Assembly (NCBI GenBank): GCA_048938855.1 | Contig: JBHLLT010000002.1 | Span: forward strand, 396,780-460,779 | Reading direction: 5' to 3' | DNA length: 64,000 nt | From: Promethearchaeota archaeon | GTDB taxonomy: Archaea > Asgardarchaeota > Lokiarchaeia > Sigyniarchaeales > SOKP01 | Shown: piece after piece, positions 28,508 through 37,282 of the stretch | Layout of the letters: each line of letters begins with the position of its first letter | How positions within the stretch are numbered: position 1 is the first letter of the stretch | Notes under the pieces: model-generated | The model's database searches: none | Told to the model about the DNA's origin: nothing | What the model saw: only the letters and a program-made list of their open reading frames with translations | Position numbers and translations under genes: made by a program

Positions 28508-29653
28508 CTACGATAAAGAGAGTTCATAAAGAAGGTTATCTGGTGATTTGAATACATGTATATCATCTTTATGAATTCCAATTATTAATTTTTGTCCAGA
28601 GATAAAATTCTCCTCAAAATTTCCTGGTTTCACTGAAATAAATTTATCACCATTATCTAAAAATAAGTAGAATCTTTTTGTTGCCCCAATAAACCTTGAG
28701 TTTTCTAAATTTGCTTCAAATAATTGCATTTTTGACCAATCATATTGACTACTTTTAAAATCATAATCTTCGGGAAATAAATAAACATCTTCAAAACGGA
28801 AAGCGATTACAATATTATCATCTAAATCAAATTCATTATTATAATTATTTGTTTCAAATTTGGGACCACCTAACCTTATCCATATTTTCATTTCTTCATT
28901 TTCAAGTAATTTCAGTACAAAACCTTGAAGAAAATTTGTCTCCCCTAAAAAATTCGCTACAAATATACTATTTGGACTTTCATATAATTCATAAGGAGAT
29001 CCCATTTGAAGGAGTTTTCCTCCTCTCATGATAATTATTTTATCTGCTATGGCCATAGCTTCCTCTTGATTATGGGTCACATGTATAGCAGTGAGATCTA
29101 AATCTTTTATTAAATTTCTTAATTGATGTCGAAAAACTTTTGAAATTTTTGGATCAAGAGAGCCCAATGGTTCATCCATTATTAAAATTTTAGCTCCCGT
29201 TGCAATAGCTCTTGCTATACCTAATTTTTGTAACCCAGGATTTCCAAACATTGATGGATACTCATCAGCGTATTGCAATAAATCAACAGTCTTTAGAGCT
29301 TTTTCAGTTTCTTTAAGAATATACTCGTCATCATAACCTCGCATTTCTAAGCCAAATGTTACATTTTCCCAAACTGTTAAATGTTCAAAAATTTCAAAGT
29401 GTTGAAAAATAAAACCCATATCTCTATCTTCAGGTGGGATGCCTTTTACATCTTTTCCATCTATTAAAACTTGTCCTTTTGTTGGTTCTTCGAGCCCAGC
29501 TATCATTCTAAGTGTTGTAGTTTTCCCACAACCAGTAGGTCCTATCAAAAAGACATACTCTCCATGTTCAATTTTTACAGAAATGTTGTCCACAGCAAGA
29601 ACCTTTCCTTCATTAAAAGTTTTGATAATATCTACTAACTCAATAGTTGGCAT
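28508..29653 (-). CDS. ABC importer ATPase (PotA/CysA-like), degenerate signature motif
   Basis: GPTGCGKT, FGNPG in place of LSGGQ, LIMDEP, HVTHNQ. Confidence 0.9.
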   Translation of the reverse strand: MPTIELVDIIKTFNEGKVLAVDNISVKIEHGEYVFLIGPTGCGKTTTLRMIAGLEEPTKGQVLIDGKDVKGIPPEDRDMGFIFQHFEIFEHLTVWENVTFGLEMRGYDDEYILKETEKALKTVDLLQYADEYPSMFGNPGLQKLGIARAIATGAKILIMDEPLGSLDPKISKVFRHQLRNLIKDLDLTAIHVTHNQEEAMAIADKIIIMRGGKLLQMGSPYELYESPNSIFVANFLGETNFLQGFVLKLLENEEMKIWIRLGGPKFETNNYNNEFDLDDNIVIAFRFEDVYLFPEDYDFKSSQYDWSKMQLFEANLENSRFIGATKRFYLFLDNGDKFISVKPGNFEENFISGQKLIIGIHKDDIHVFKSPDNLLYELSLS

Positions 29654-29657
29654 TAAG

Positions 29658-31334
29658 TTATCCCCTCTTTTTTGTTACTACTCTCAAAGCAAAAATTAAG
29701 AATGCACTAAAAATTATAACAATTACACTTGCAAATATACCTGATGCATAAGCATTTGCTTCAACGAAATCAACAATAAGTACTGGAACCGTTCGTATAC
29801 CACCCATAACAACAATCGTAGCACCTGTTTCTCCTAATGAACGTGTAAATGTCATTATACATCCTGCAATGATCCCTTGCTTTATATTAGGAAGTGTAAT
29901 TTTTCTGAATACAGTCATATTAGATGCCCCTAAAGTTCGAGCAGCTTCTTCTACTCCTTTATTTGAAGTCTCCAAAACACCAATAATAGGCCGAACCATA
30001 TAAGGAAATGTAAATGCAATATGCACAAATAAAATCATAAAAAATCCGGATTGAAATAATCCTAAACCAGCAGGTCCCCAAAACATGAATGTTGCGAATC
30101 CCAAAGCAGCTGATGGTATTGCTATTGGGATATCTAAAATAGTATCTAAAAATGTGATAACCCTCCCCCAATTTCTTTTTGTTATAATAAACGCAAATGG
30201 GATCCCAAAAATAATATTCACAAATACTGCCAACGCGCCAATTTCAATTGAATAAATGAAACTAGTATATAAAAAGGCCCATTTATAATCTCCTCCTAAA
30301 AATACTTCGCCTACAAAATCTTCTCCAATAATTTGTGTTACAATATAAAAAGCGGGGATAAGAATTATAACAAAAAGGATTCCTAAAGCCAGAATGTCCC
30401 TTAAATATCTTAAATTCTTTTTACTTAAAAATCTTTCAAACTTAGGCCATACAGATTTAACTGGAATTCCTACTTTACGAGTTAAAAACTTAATTGAAAA
30501 TAATAATAAAATAGATACTGCAATTAATATTCCAGCTAACAATGAAGCAGATGGCAATTGTAATTGCCTTCTAAATCCAACAATCAAAATAGGGGCAGTT
30601 TCAACTAATCCTGAAAGTATAATAGTCGCTCCAGTCTCGCCTAAACTCCTCGTAAATGCAAGAACAGCACCAGCTATTAAACCTTCTTTCATCAATGGAA
30701 CTGTAATAGTTCGAAAAACTGTAATGCCTGAAGCACCAAGCGTTCGGGCGGCATCTTCATAGAGTGTCGCAGTTTTTTCTAATACAATTTTCATATTCCT
30801 TACAATATATGGAAATGTAAAAACAACATGTCCCAATAAAATTAAACTAAAGCCCGGTGTGATGCCAAAAATACCCCAAAATAACATTATGGAAAACCCT
30901 AATGCACTTGTAGGTACTGCCATTGGTAAATCCACCATAGCATCAAGGATTTTCTTTCCTCTAAAATTATAACGAGTTAATATTATTGAAATTGGAAAAG
31001 CGATTACAATATCAATTCCAACCGCAATAGATGCAATTGAGAATGAAGTACCAAGAGCCTTCAGTATATTAATCCATTGTAGATTACCTAAAAGTGAGTC
31101 ATTAAAAACATCCTCATTAATTGCAGCAATATTAAAAAAAATGGTAGAAAAAATGTTAATTATAGGACCGATAATAACCAAAATAAAAAATATTATTACA
31201 ATGGTATCTAGACTTTTCCTGTAAATTGATTTGGAGAAGAACCTGTCTAATTTAAGACTAAGAGGTAATTTTAACTCCTCTACACCATATTCCTGTTTTA
31301 AATTCTGTTGCTTTTTAACGATTTTTTTAAACAT
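29658..31334 (-). CDS. Fused two-domain ABC permease (CysT/W, ModB, FbpB-like)
   Basis: Two repeats with E(D/E)AARTLGAS and FTRSLGETGAT. Confidence 0.9.
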   Translation of the reverse strand: MFKKIVKKQQNLKQEYGVEELKLPLSLKLDRFFSKSIYRKSLDTIVIIFFILVIIGPIINIFSTIFFNIAAINEDVFNDSLLGNLQWINILKALGTSFSIASIAVGIDIVIAFPISIILTRYNFRGKKILDAMVDLPMAVPTSALGFSIMLFWGIFGITPGFSLILLGHVVFTFPYIVRNMKIVLEKTATLYEDAARTLGASGITVFRTITVPLMKEGLIAGAVLAFTRSLGETGATIILSGLVETAPILIVGFRRQLQLPSASLLAGILIAVSILLLFSIKFLTRKVGIPVKSVWPKFERFLSKKNLRYLRDILALGILFVIILIPAFYIVTQIIGEDFVGEVFLGGDYKWAFLYTSFIYSIEIGALAVFVNIIFGIPFAFIITKRNWGRVITFLDTILDIPIAIPSAALGFATFMFWGPAGLGLFQSGFFMILFVHIAFTFPYMVRPIIGVLETSNKGVEEAARTLGASNMTVFRKITLPNIKQGIIAGCIMTFTRSLGETGATIVVMGGIRTVPVLIVDFVEANAYASGIFASVIVIIFSAFLIFALRVVTKKRG

Positions 31335-31351
31335 ATTTCTTCTTTTTTCTC

Positions 31352-32476
31352 TTAAGCTGTTGCTTTACATAATAACCATAAATCAGGGATCTTTAATAAC
31401 ACATCACCATCCACAGGAGTATGTAATTCAGGAATGGTTAAATTAAAGGCAATTCCATTGGTCTCATAATTAAAGACATCTGGATCCAAAGGAATTGAGG
31501 GATCAATTGGTCTAAATCCATACTCTAAGGCGGTGACGACTGTTTCATTTTTATTTAAAAAATCAAGAAATGCTTTAGCTACTACTCTTTGCTGAGGACT
31601 TATCCAATCTGCGTTTAATATACAAAATGGATGGTCACTATATAAAGTGCCTTCGTCTGGATAGATAGCAATGATTTTTCCTCCTGTAGCTGTGCTTGAA
31701 ATATCTCTAATTAAATTTTCATATAAAAAAGCAATATTCAAACCAGTTGGACCCTCATTTTTCATATAACGTGCCAAGAAACCGGTAGAAGTGCCATAAA
31801 CCACAGCACTAGACTCAAATTCCCTTAGCCATTGTTGATTTCCTAGATTTGTTAGATCGGACATAGTCAAATTCTCTGAAGATATACCAGATGCAGCTGA
31901 TAATGCCATTATTACACTCATAAATCCCGAATTTGATAAACGAGGGTCGGTATGAGCCATTCTGATATGTACATTTGGGTTTAAAGTTAGATTATGTACA
32001 TCTCTAAACCCATGAATATTATAAGTTTGATTAAATGATTCCCAAGTAGCAATTACTATGGGTGAGTATATTATTTTAACTGCACCGCTAATATTTACTA
32101 TTGGTATGGTACTTTGAGTTAACTCTGCCCATTTAGAATTTAAAAATGTCATCCATATCGAGCTAGCAGGACTCCAAATTGTGGGTTTGATCTCACCATT
32201 GAGTATGCTAATAACACTATCCGAACTCCCATAAGGATGGAGATCTATTGAAATTGGATCATCTGGATTATTGTTTTGCCAATAAACGATAAAATCTGAA
32301 TAAGCTCTTGCCATCCAGCTAGCTTTCTCTGAGCTGTAAATTATTGTTATATGCACATTTCTTTTTTCATTTGAAAGTGTTAAGTTAGTCAGAGAGAATC
32401 CGAAAATGAAACCAATAATAAAAGTGAATACGAATACATTTTGATTTCGTTTTCGTGCCTTATGTCGAACGCTCAT
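31352..32476 (-). CDS. ABC substrate-binding protein (family often fused to vWA; no vWA here)
   Basis: N-terminal TM; YSSEK, IWSPASS, SPIVIA, HTDPRLSNSG, YENL, IYPDEGTLYSDHP. Confidence 0.82.
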   Translation of the reverse strand: MSVRHKARKRNQNVFVFTFIIGFIFGFSLTNLTLSNEKRNVHITIIYSSEKASWMARAYSDFIVYWQNNNPDDPISIDLHPYGSSDSVISILNGEIKPTIWSPASSIWMTFLNSKWAELTQSTIPIVNISGAVKIIYSPIVIATWESFNQTYNIHGFRDVHNLTLNPNVHIRMAHTDPRLSNSGFMSVIMALSAASGISSENLTMSDLTNLGNQQWLREFESSAVVYGTSTGFLARYMKNEGPTGLNIAFLYENLIRDISSTATGGKIIAIYPDEGTLYSDHPFCILNADWISPQQRVVAKAFLDFLNKNETVVTALEYGFRPIDPSIPLDPDVFNYETNGIAFNLTIPELHTPVDGDVLLKIPDLWLLCKATA

Positions 32477-32503
32477 CCTCTAATATCACGTCATTCTTAG
32501 ACG

Positions 32504-32602
32504 TTATATGAATGATCTAATATAATTATCTATAATTGCAAATATGATCCCACTAAAAATCCCAATCATCAATACTATGATTATCCAAATTCGTCTTTTC
32601 AT
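32504..32602 (-). CDS. 32-aa single-TM peptide heading the ABC operon
   Basis: MKRRIWIIIVLMIGIFSGIIFAIIDNYIRSFI*; same strand, ends 27 nt before the SBP start. Confidence 0.6.
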   Translation of the reverse strand: MKRRIWIIIVLMIGIFSGIIFAIIDNYIRSFI

Positions 32603-32659
32603 TATTAATATATAATGGTCGATTTATTATATTTGTTTAATAAATCCCAAATAAGCTCA

Positions 32660-32702
32660 CTATATACACTATATATTCTATATAGCCCTTGTTTTTATAT
32701 AG
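32660..32702. promoter_or_regulatory. Tandem CTATATA repeats upstream of the ABC operon, candidate Pho-box
   Basis: CTATATA at 32660, 32669 and 32678 (9-bp period), plus TATATAG at ~32696. Confidence 0.55.
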
Positions 32703-32720
32703 TCAGAGATCATAACAATG

Positions 32721-34292
32721 CTATATCAGACTTGATCCTACAACACTATTATGTGGCTTTGTTCCCATAAGTTCTAGTAAGGTTGGAACTATATCAGTAA
32801 TTTTACAAACTTTTATTTCTTTTTTCGGAATTTCTAAAGAACCTCCGATAATTAATGGGACTTTCATACAACTTCTTAGACCGAGATCATGATCAAAGAG
32901 ATTTTTACTTTTCTGCTTTCCATGGTGAATACTAAATTTTATTTTCCCATCATTACATAGTATTATATCGGCGCTTCTTGGATTTTTTAAATGGCGTGGT
33001 ATTAGATCTGGATGCATTGAGTAATCTAAATGGTTTGTTGCTTCTAACCACTCTTGAGTTGAGTGAAATTTATTATCCATCAGTTTGCTTGCTCCGCTAT
33101 CGTTTAAAAAATTGAACATATCTATTTCACTACTTTCTGAGCTATATCGTGTTTTGTAATCTTTACCAATCCCTTCATATTCGATCTTACCTGAAATGAT
33201 TGTACCATTCTTATTTATTTTTCTTTTAAGATGGATAATGCCCTTTTTATACGTATTTTTATCATCTCCATAAAACATTAACCGACTACCTTTAATCTTA
33301 AACAGTTCTTTGAATAAATTCACTCCCTTTGGGCCATATTTCTCTAGTTCTTTATTTGTAGGGCATCTCCAGCCATTATTATCTGAATTTTTATTTCCCT
33401 TAAAGTAGAAAAAACCTACACCCGCATAATAAGCAAGATCTATATTTCCTTTTGTATATTTAAAAGGATGATAGTTCATTAGACCATTCTTCTTTAGAAA
33501 GGGATTTAAATCTCCAACATGTTCTGCTTTATAATTTCCATGATCTGAAGTAATGGCAATAGCTGTTTCATCTAAATAACCTAATTTATCTAAATTATCA
33601 ATTAAAACTCCAATTACCTTATCGATGTGGAGCAAATTTATTTTGTAAAGATAAGAATCGAAGCCAAACCTATGCATTAATAGATCTGAAGACATAAACC
33701 ACATAGAAGAGGCAATTGGAGGTTCTGGATTATCAAAATATCTTCTCGGTGATTCAAAAATCTTAATTAACTTTTGAGTTATAACAGAATTCGATCGAAT
33801 AAATCTTCTTTTTACTCCGGGAAAGTATTTTAGAAAAAGGTAAAACATTGCAAGTTTTGATTTTCTTTCGGGAAAAATATAGTCTGAACCTCTATTAATA
33901 AATTGAGCTATACTTGCTTTATTCCCGTCTCCCACCATCTCTAAGATTGTTTTACATCTATCACCCATATCCTCATTAATTTTGTAAATTTGTAAGTTTT
34001 TTGAAGCATATTCTCTTAAAATAGGTGGAGCTACATTACGTCCCATCCAATTTAAAAGAGGAACTCCGTGAGATGGTTCTTTCCTGAAATCTCCAGTATA
34101 TGATCCAGTAATAATAGATACTTGGGTTGGATAAGTCACTGGTGGAAAATCAGTGATACAATTCTTTGAATGTATTCCATTATCCATTAATTTTTTAAGA
34201 TTAGGAAGTAAGCCCTTGTCTATATAATCAAAGAGATGATCTGCTCTTACATCATCGACAATGCAGAGAATTATTCTATTAACTTTATTAAT
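32721..34292 (-). CDS. Alkaline phosphatase superfamily (type I phosphodiesterase/NPP-like); probable ATT start at 34292
   Basis: Upstream extension supplies the metal-binding strand IILCIVDDVRAD; FPPVTYP nucleophile, DLLMH, TSDHG, DH. Confidence 0.88.
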   Translation of the reverse strand: MNKVNRIILCIVDDVRADHLFDYIDKGLLPNLKKLMDNGIHSKNCITDFPPVTYPTQVSIITGSYTGDFRKEPSHGVPLLNWMGRNVAPPILREYASKNLQIYKINEDMGDRCKTILEMVGDGNKASIAQFINRGSDYIFPERKSKLAMFYLFLKYFPGVKRRFIRSNSVITQKLIKIFESPRRYFDNPEPPIASSMWFMSSDLLMHRFGFDSYLYKINLLHIDKVIGVLIDNLDKLGYLDETAIAITSDHGNYKAEHVGDLNPFLKKNGLMNYHPFKYTKGNIDLAYYAGVGFFYFKGNKNSDNNGWRCPTNKELEKYGPKGVNLFKELFKIKGSRLMFYGDDKNTYKKGIIHLKRKINKNGTIISGKIEYEGIGKDYKTRYSSESSEIDMFNFLNDSGASKLMDNKFHSTQEWLEATNHLDYSMHPDLIPRHLKNPRSADIILCNDGKIKFSIHHGKQKSKNLFDHDLGLRSCMKVPLIIGGSLEIPKKEIKVCKITDIVPTLLELMGTKPHNSVVGSSLI

Positions 34293-34397
34293 TAAAGATC
34301 ACCAGACAATTATACTTTCAAATTCTTTGAAATTAATAAATTTTAATGATTGCATGGATTTTCGTGGTAATAATAAGATAAGAATAAGATATCTAGG

Positions 34398-35165
34398 TTA
34401 TAACTTCAAACTGATGAGTGCTTGGATCTCCTTTATGATCATTGTTACCATTTCTTCTTCAATCAGCTTTCCTTTCTCTTTTGTAGCTAGTGTAGGGTTA
34501 CCCCATATGCCAGTTGGTGAGTAATGACTAGTTTTATTATATATCCTTGAGAGACCACGTAAATTAGGTCTATTATCATAATCTTCCACGGCTTGCTTCA
34601 TATTAACTGTTTCAGTGGCTATATATAACATAAAAGATGTTTCACCTTCATCTGCGTGAGTTCCTCCTTCCTGAGACAAAAGATTTTCAGGTAGGCGTTC
34701 ATCTATCTCAAGAAGATTTGAGTACTTCAAGATTATTCCTTTGGTTTGTAGTTTAACCGAGGCTAATCTTAAAGGCTCCAATGTAGATACACCAGTATTT
34801 AGAATATAGAATTTTTTTATTCCATATCCATGCATTGATTCACAAATATCAATAATTACATTCTGAAAAGTCTCTGATTTTAAAGAGACTGAACCAGGAT
34901 ATTCTAAAAAAGCGGGATAATAACCATACTGTAAAGTTGGAAGAATAATTACTGACACCTGTTCGCAAACACGATTCCTGAGGTGTTCAGCTATTAAGTA
35001 ATCGTTTTTCAATAATAAATGAGGACCATGCTCTTTAGTACGAGCTCCTAATGCTATTAACACTACCTCCTTCTCTTTGATTATTTCTTCTGCCCGAATC
35101 CAATTCATATTTTCTATTAAATACGATTTTCCTTGAGTTTCAGCTTTAGATGACTTTATCTCCAT
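34398..35165 (-). CDS. Creatininase family amidohydrolase
   Basis: EHGPHL..ND, YPGSV, HADEGETS, GIWGNP. Confidence 0.9.
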   Translation of the reverse strand: MEIKSSKAETQGKSYLIENMNWIRAEEIIKEKEVVLIALGARTKEHGPHLLLKNDYLIAEHLRNRVCEQVSVIILPTLQYGYYPAFLEYPGSVSLKSETFQNVIIDICESMHGYGIKKFYILNTGVSTLEPLRLASVKLQTKGIILKYSNLLEIDERLPENLLSQEGGTHADEGETSFMLYIATETVNMKQAVEDYDNRPNLRGLSRIYNKTSHYSPTGIWGNPTLATKEKGKLIEEEMVTMIIKEIQALISLKL

Positions 35166-35382
35166 AATATTTCACTTCTAGAGTTAATATATAATGTAAT
35201 GAAATTCCTTATAGATATTTACTATAAGCTTATCAATTATATAATTACAAATTCTTCGAACGTAATAAATCATTTTGTAGAATCGTTACTTTAATGATGT
35301 TTAAATATCTTAGAACTTGAATAATCAAATAATTAAAGAAGTTTGAAATATTAATGATTTTATTAGGAAACTAAAATGAAAA

Positions 35383-36483
35383 ATGATGAATAGAAAGGAA
35401 ATTTTTAGAATAATTAAAACACTCTCGTCTGCTCGTTCACCATCTGGTTTAGAAAAGGCTCGTGGGGAACTCTTTAAAGCGGAATTAGAGAAAATTATAA
35501 CTAATAAAAATGTTGAAATTAGCAATGATTCATTGAATAACTATTATATTAAATTTAATGGTAAAAACAGCAAAAAAACTCTAGCAATATTCGCTCATAT
35601 GGATGAGATTGGAGGAACGATAAGAAGAATAAAAAAGAATGGAACTCTAGAGTTTTCTCAAAGAGGAAGTTATGAAAGTAGGTGGCTCGTTTCAAGAAAA
35701 GTTTTAATCTTAAATAAAGAAGGGAAGTGGATTAACGGTGTTATCGGTGGAAGATCAGCTCATGCTACTCCTCCAAAATTAAGAAGTGAAGAAAAACTAA
35801 ATAATCTTGAAATGGAGATATTTATTGGAGCTGATAACAAAGAGGAAGCCATAAATAAATATAAAATTCATATTGGAGCACCATTCGTATTCTCCGGGGA
35901 ATTCGAAATACTAAATGAGGAAATTAATAATAACGTTATTTGTGGGTATTCTATGGATAACTTAGTAGCATTAACTGGATTGGTGCTATTAGTAAAAAAA
36001 ATATCAGAACATTTATTAAACGATTTAGGAAATTTAACTTTACCTCTAGACCTTTATATCGTAGGAACTGCTCGAGAAGAGGTTGGAACTGAAGGTTCTT
36101 TATTTTTTGCTAGAAATAATAACATTGATGAAATTATAGCGTTGGATATAGGGCTTGTTGAAAATTTTCCAGGAACCGTAAGTTCGGATACAAAATTGAA
36201 TGAAGGACCTGTTATAGTGTGGCAAGAAGCAGGTGGTTCGGGTGTTTTCGATTATCAAATATGTAAGTCTCTAGTTGAGGTTGCTGAACAAAATAATATA
36301 AAATACCAGAATGGAGTTTTGGAATTCTATGGTTCTGATGCGGGAAAAGCTCAAAAATGGCTTGGTATCCCATCCGCCTTAGTTGGCATACCAGCTATGT
36401 TTGCTCATAATGTACCCGAAATAAGCACTTTGGAATGTATCGAACAAGCAGCTGAACTGATATACCAGTACTTAAGAAGGTAA
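35383..36483 (+). CDS. M42 family (TET-like) aminopeptidase
   Basis: SPSG.E, AHMDEIG, MDN, EEVG, LD, GSDA, H. Confidence 0.88.
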   Translation: MMNRKEIFRIIKTLSSARSPSGLEKARGELFKAELEKIITNKNVEISNDSLNNYYIKFNGKNSKKTLAIFAHMDEIGGTIRRIKKNGTLEFSQRGSYESRWLVSRKVLILNKEGKWINGVIGGRSAHATPPKLRSEEKLNNLEMEIFIGADNKEEAINKYKIHIGAPFVFSGEFEILNEEINNNVICGYSMDNLVALTGLVLLVKKISEHLLNDLGNLTLPLDLYIVGTAREEVGTEGSLFFARNNNIDEIIALDIGLVENFPGTVSSDTKLNEGPVIVWQEAGGSGVFDYQICKSLVEVAEQNNIKYQNGVLEFYGSDAGKAQKWLGIPSALVGIPAMFAHNVPEISTLECIEQAAELIYQYLRR

Positions 36484-36519
36484 AATTAAGAAGAAATTCT
36501 TGATTATTAATAATAATGA

Positions 36520-36621
36520 AGCCCCCGGTGGGACTTGAACCCACGACCGGCAGATTTTACAGAGTTTCTTATTAAGAGACGCTTTTACAAGTCTGCTGCT
36601 CTACCACTAAGCCACGGAGGC
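36520..36621 (-). tRNA. tRNA-Thr(UGU) with 30-nt anticodon-loop intron (~36556-36585); CCA not encoded
   Basis: Acceptor GCCTCCG/CGGGGGC, U73, anticodon stem GCAGA/TCTGC, loop CT-TGT-A, T arm GTGGGTTCAAGTCCCAC. Confidence 0.93.
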
Positions 36622-36769
36622 AATATATTATAATGTCTATTTTATATGAAAGGATTATAAATTTTTAATTTTGCGGTTTTACACGCCTTTTAAAATCAAC
36701 AGTAATAATTAAAAATTAATGTATCTTTTTGTTAATCAATTATCATATTATTGATTGATTTCGAGAAAA

Positions 36770-37111
36770 ATGTTCACCAAAGAAGATGTAACAAAACTTG
36801 CTTTTAAGATATATAAGAAAGGAGAGCCGTTAGAAAAGTCGATATGGCGTTTAGCAGAGCTCTGTGTGGTGATTAACAAAAACATCAAAAATGGGTATGA
36901 CATCAAACCATTAGAAACCGATAATTTGGTATTATTAATAAGAGAAAATGTAGATGGACAATTAATTAAACCTTCTGAAAATGAAATTAGAGATGTTGCA
37001 GAAATTATATACCATGAAAATCCAAGTCGTAGTCAGCTAGATTGGTATATCGCTGAAAAGCAACTTCTTTTAGAGGAACTACAGAAATTAATTGGTAACA
37101 ACAGATCATAG
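36770..37111 (+). CDS. Small protein with two DUF2934-like repeats
   Basis: Internal repeat: LAFKIY...IWRLAEL and VAEIIY...DWYIAEKQL. Confidence 0.7.
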   Translation: MFTKEDVTKLAFKIYKKGEPLEKSIWRLAELCVVINKNIKNGYDIKPLETDNLVLLIRENVDGQLIKPSENEIRDVAEIIYHENPSRSQLDWYIAEKQLLLEELQKLIGNNRS

Positions 37112-37282
37112 CATCTTTAGAATATCATTTGTCTTAATAACTCTTTTTAACTGATTTATTTACTATAATAAATAAGCTTATTTTTTCGATATTGTTGTCT
37201 TGAATTGTAATTTTTAATCTAAATCAAAATTTTAAATCTAAAATCTTAAAGTTTAAGTGAAATAATTTTGAAATCATATATA

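Noticed and set aside
36520-36621. Alternative reading as tRNA-Tyr(GUA) from the second TGTAAAA
   Set aside because: G1-C72 and U73 fit archaeal Thr; archaeal Tyr uses C1-G72 and A73.
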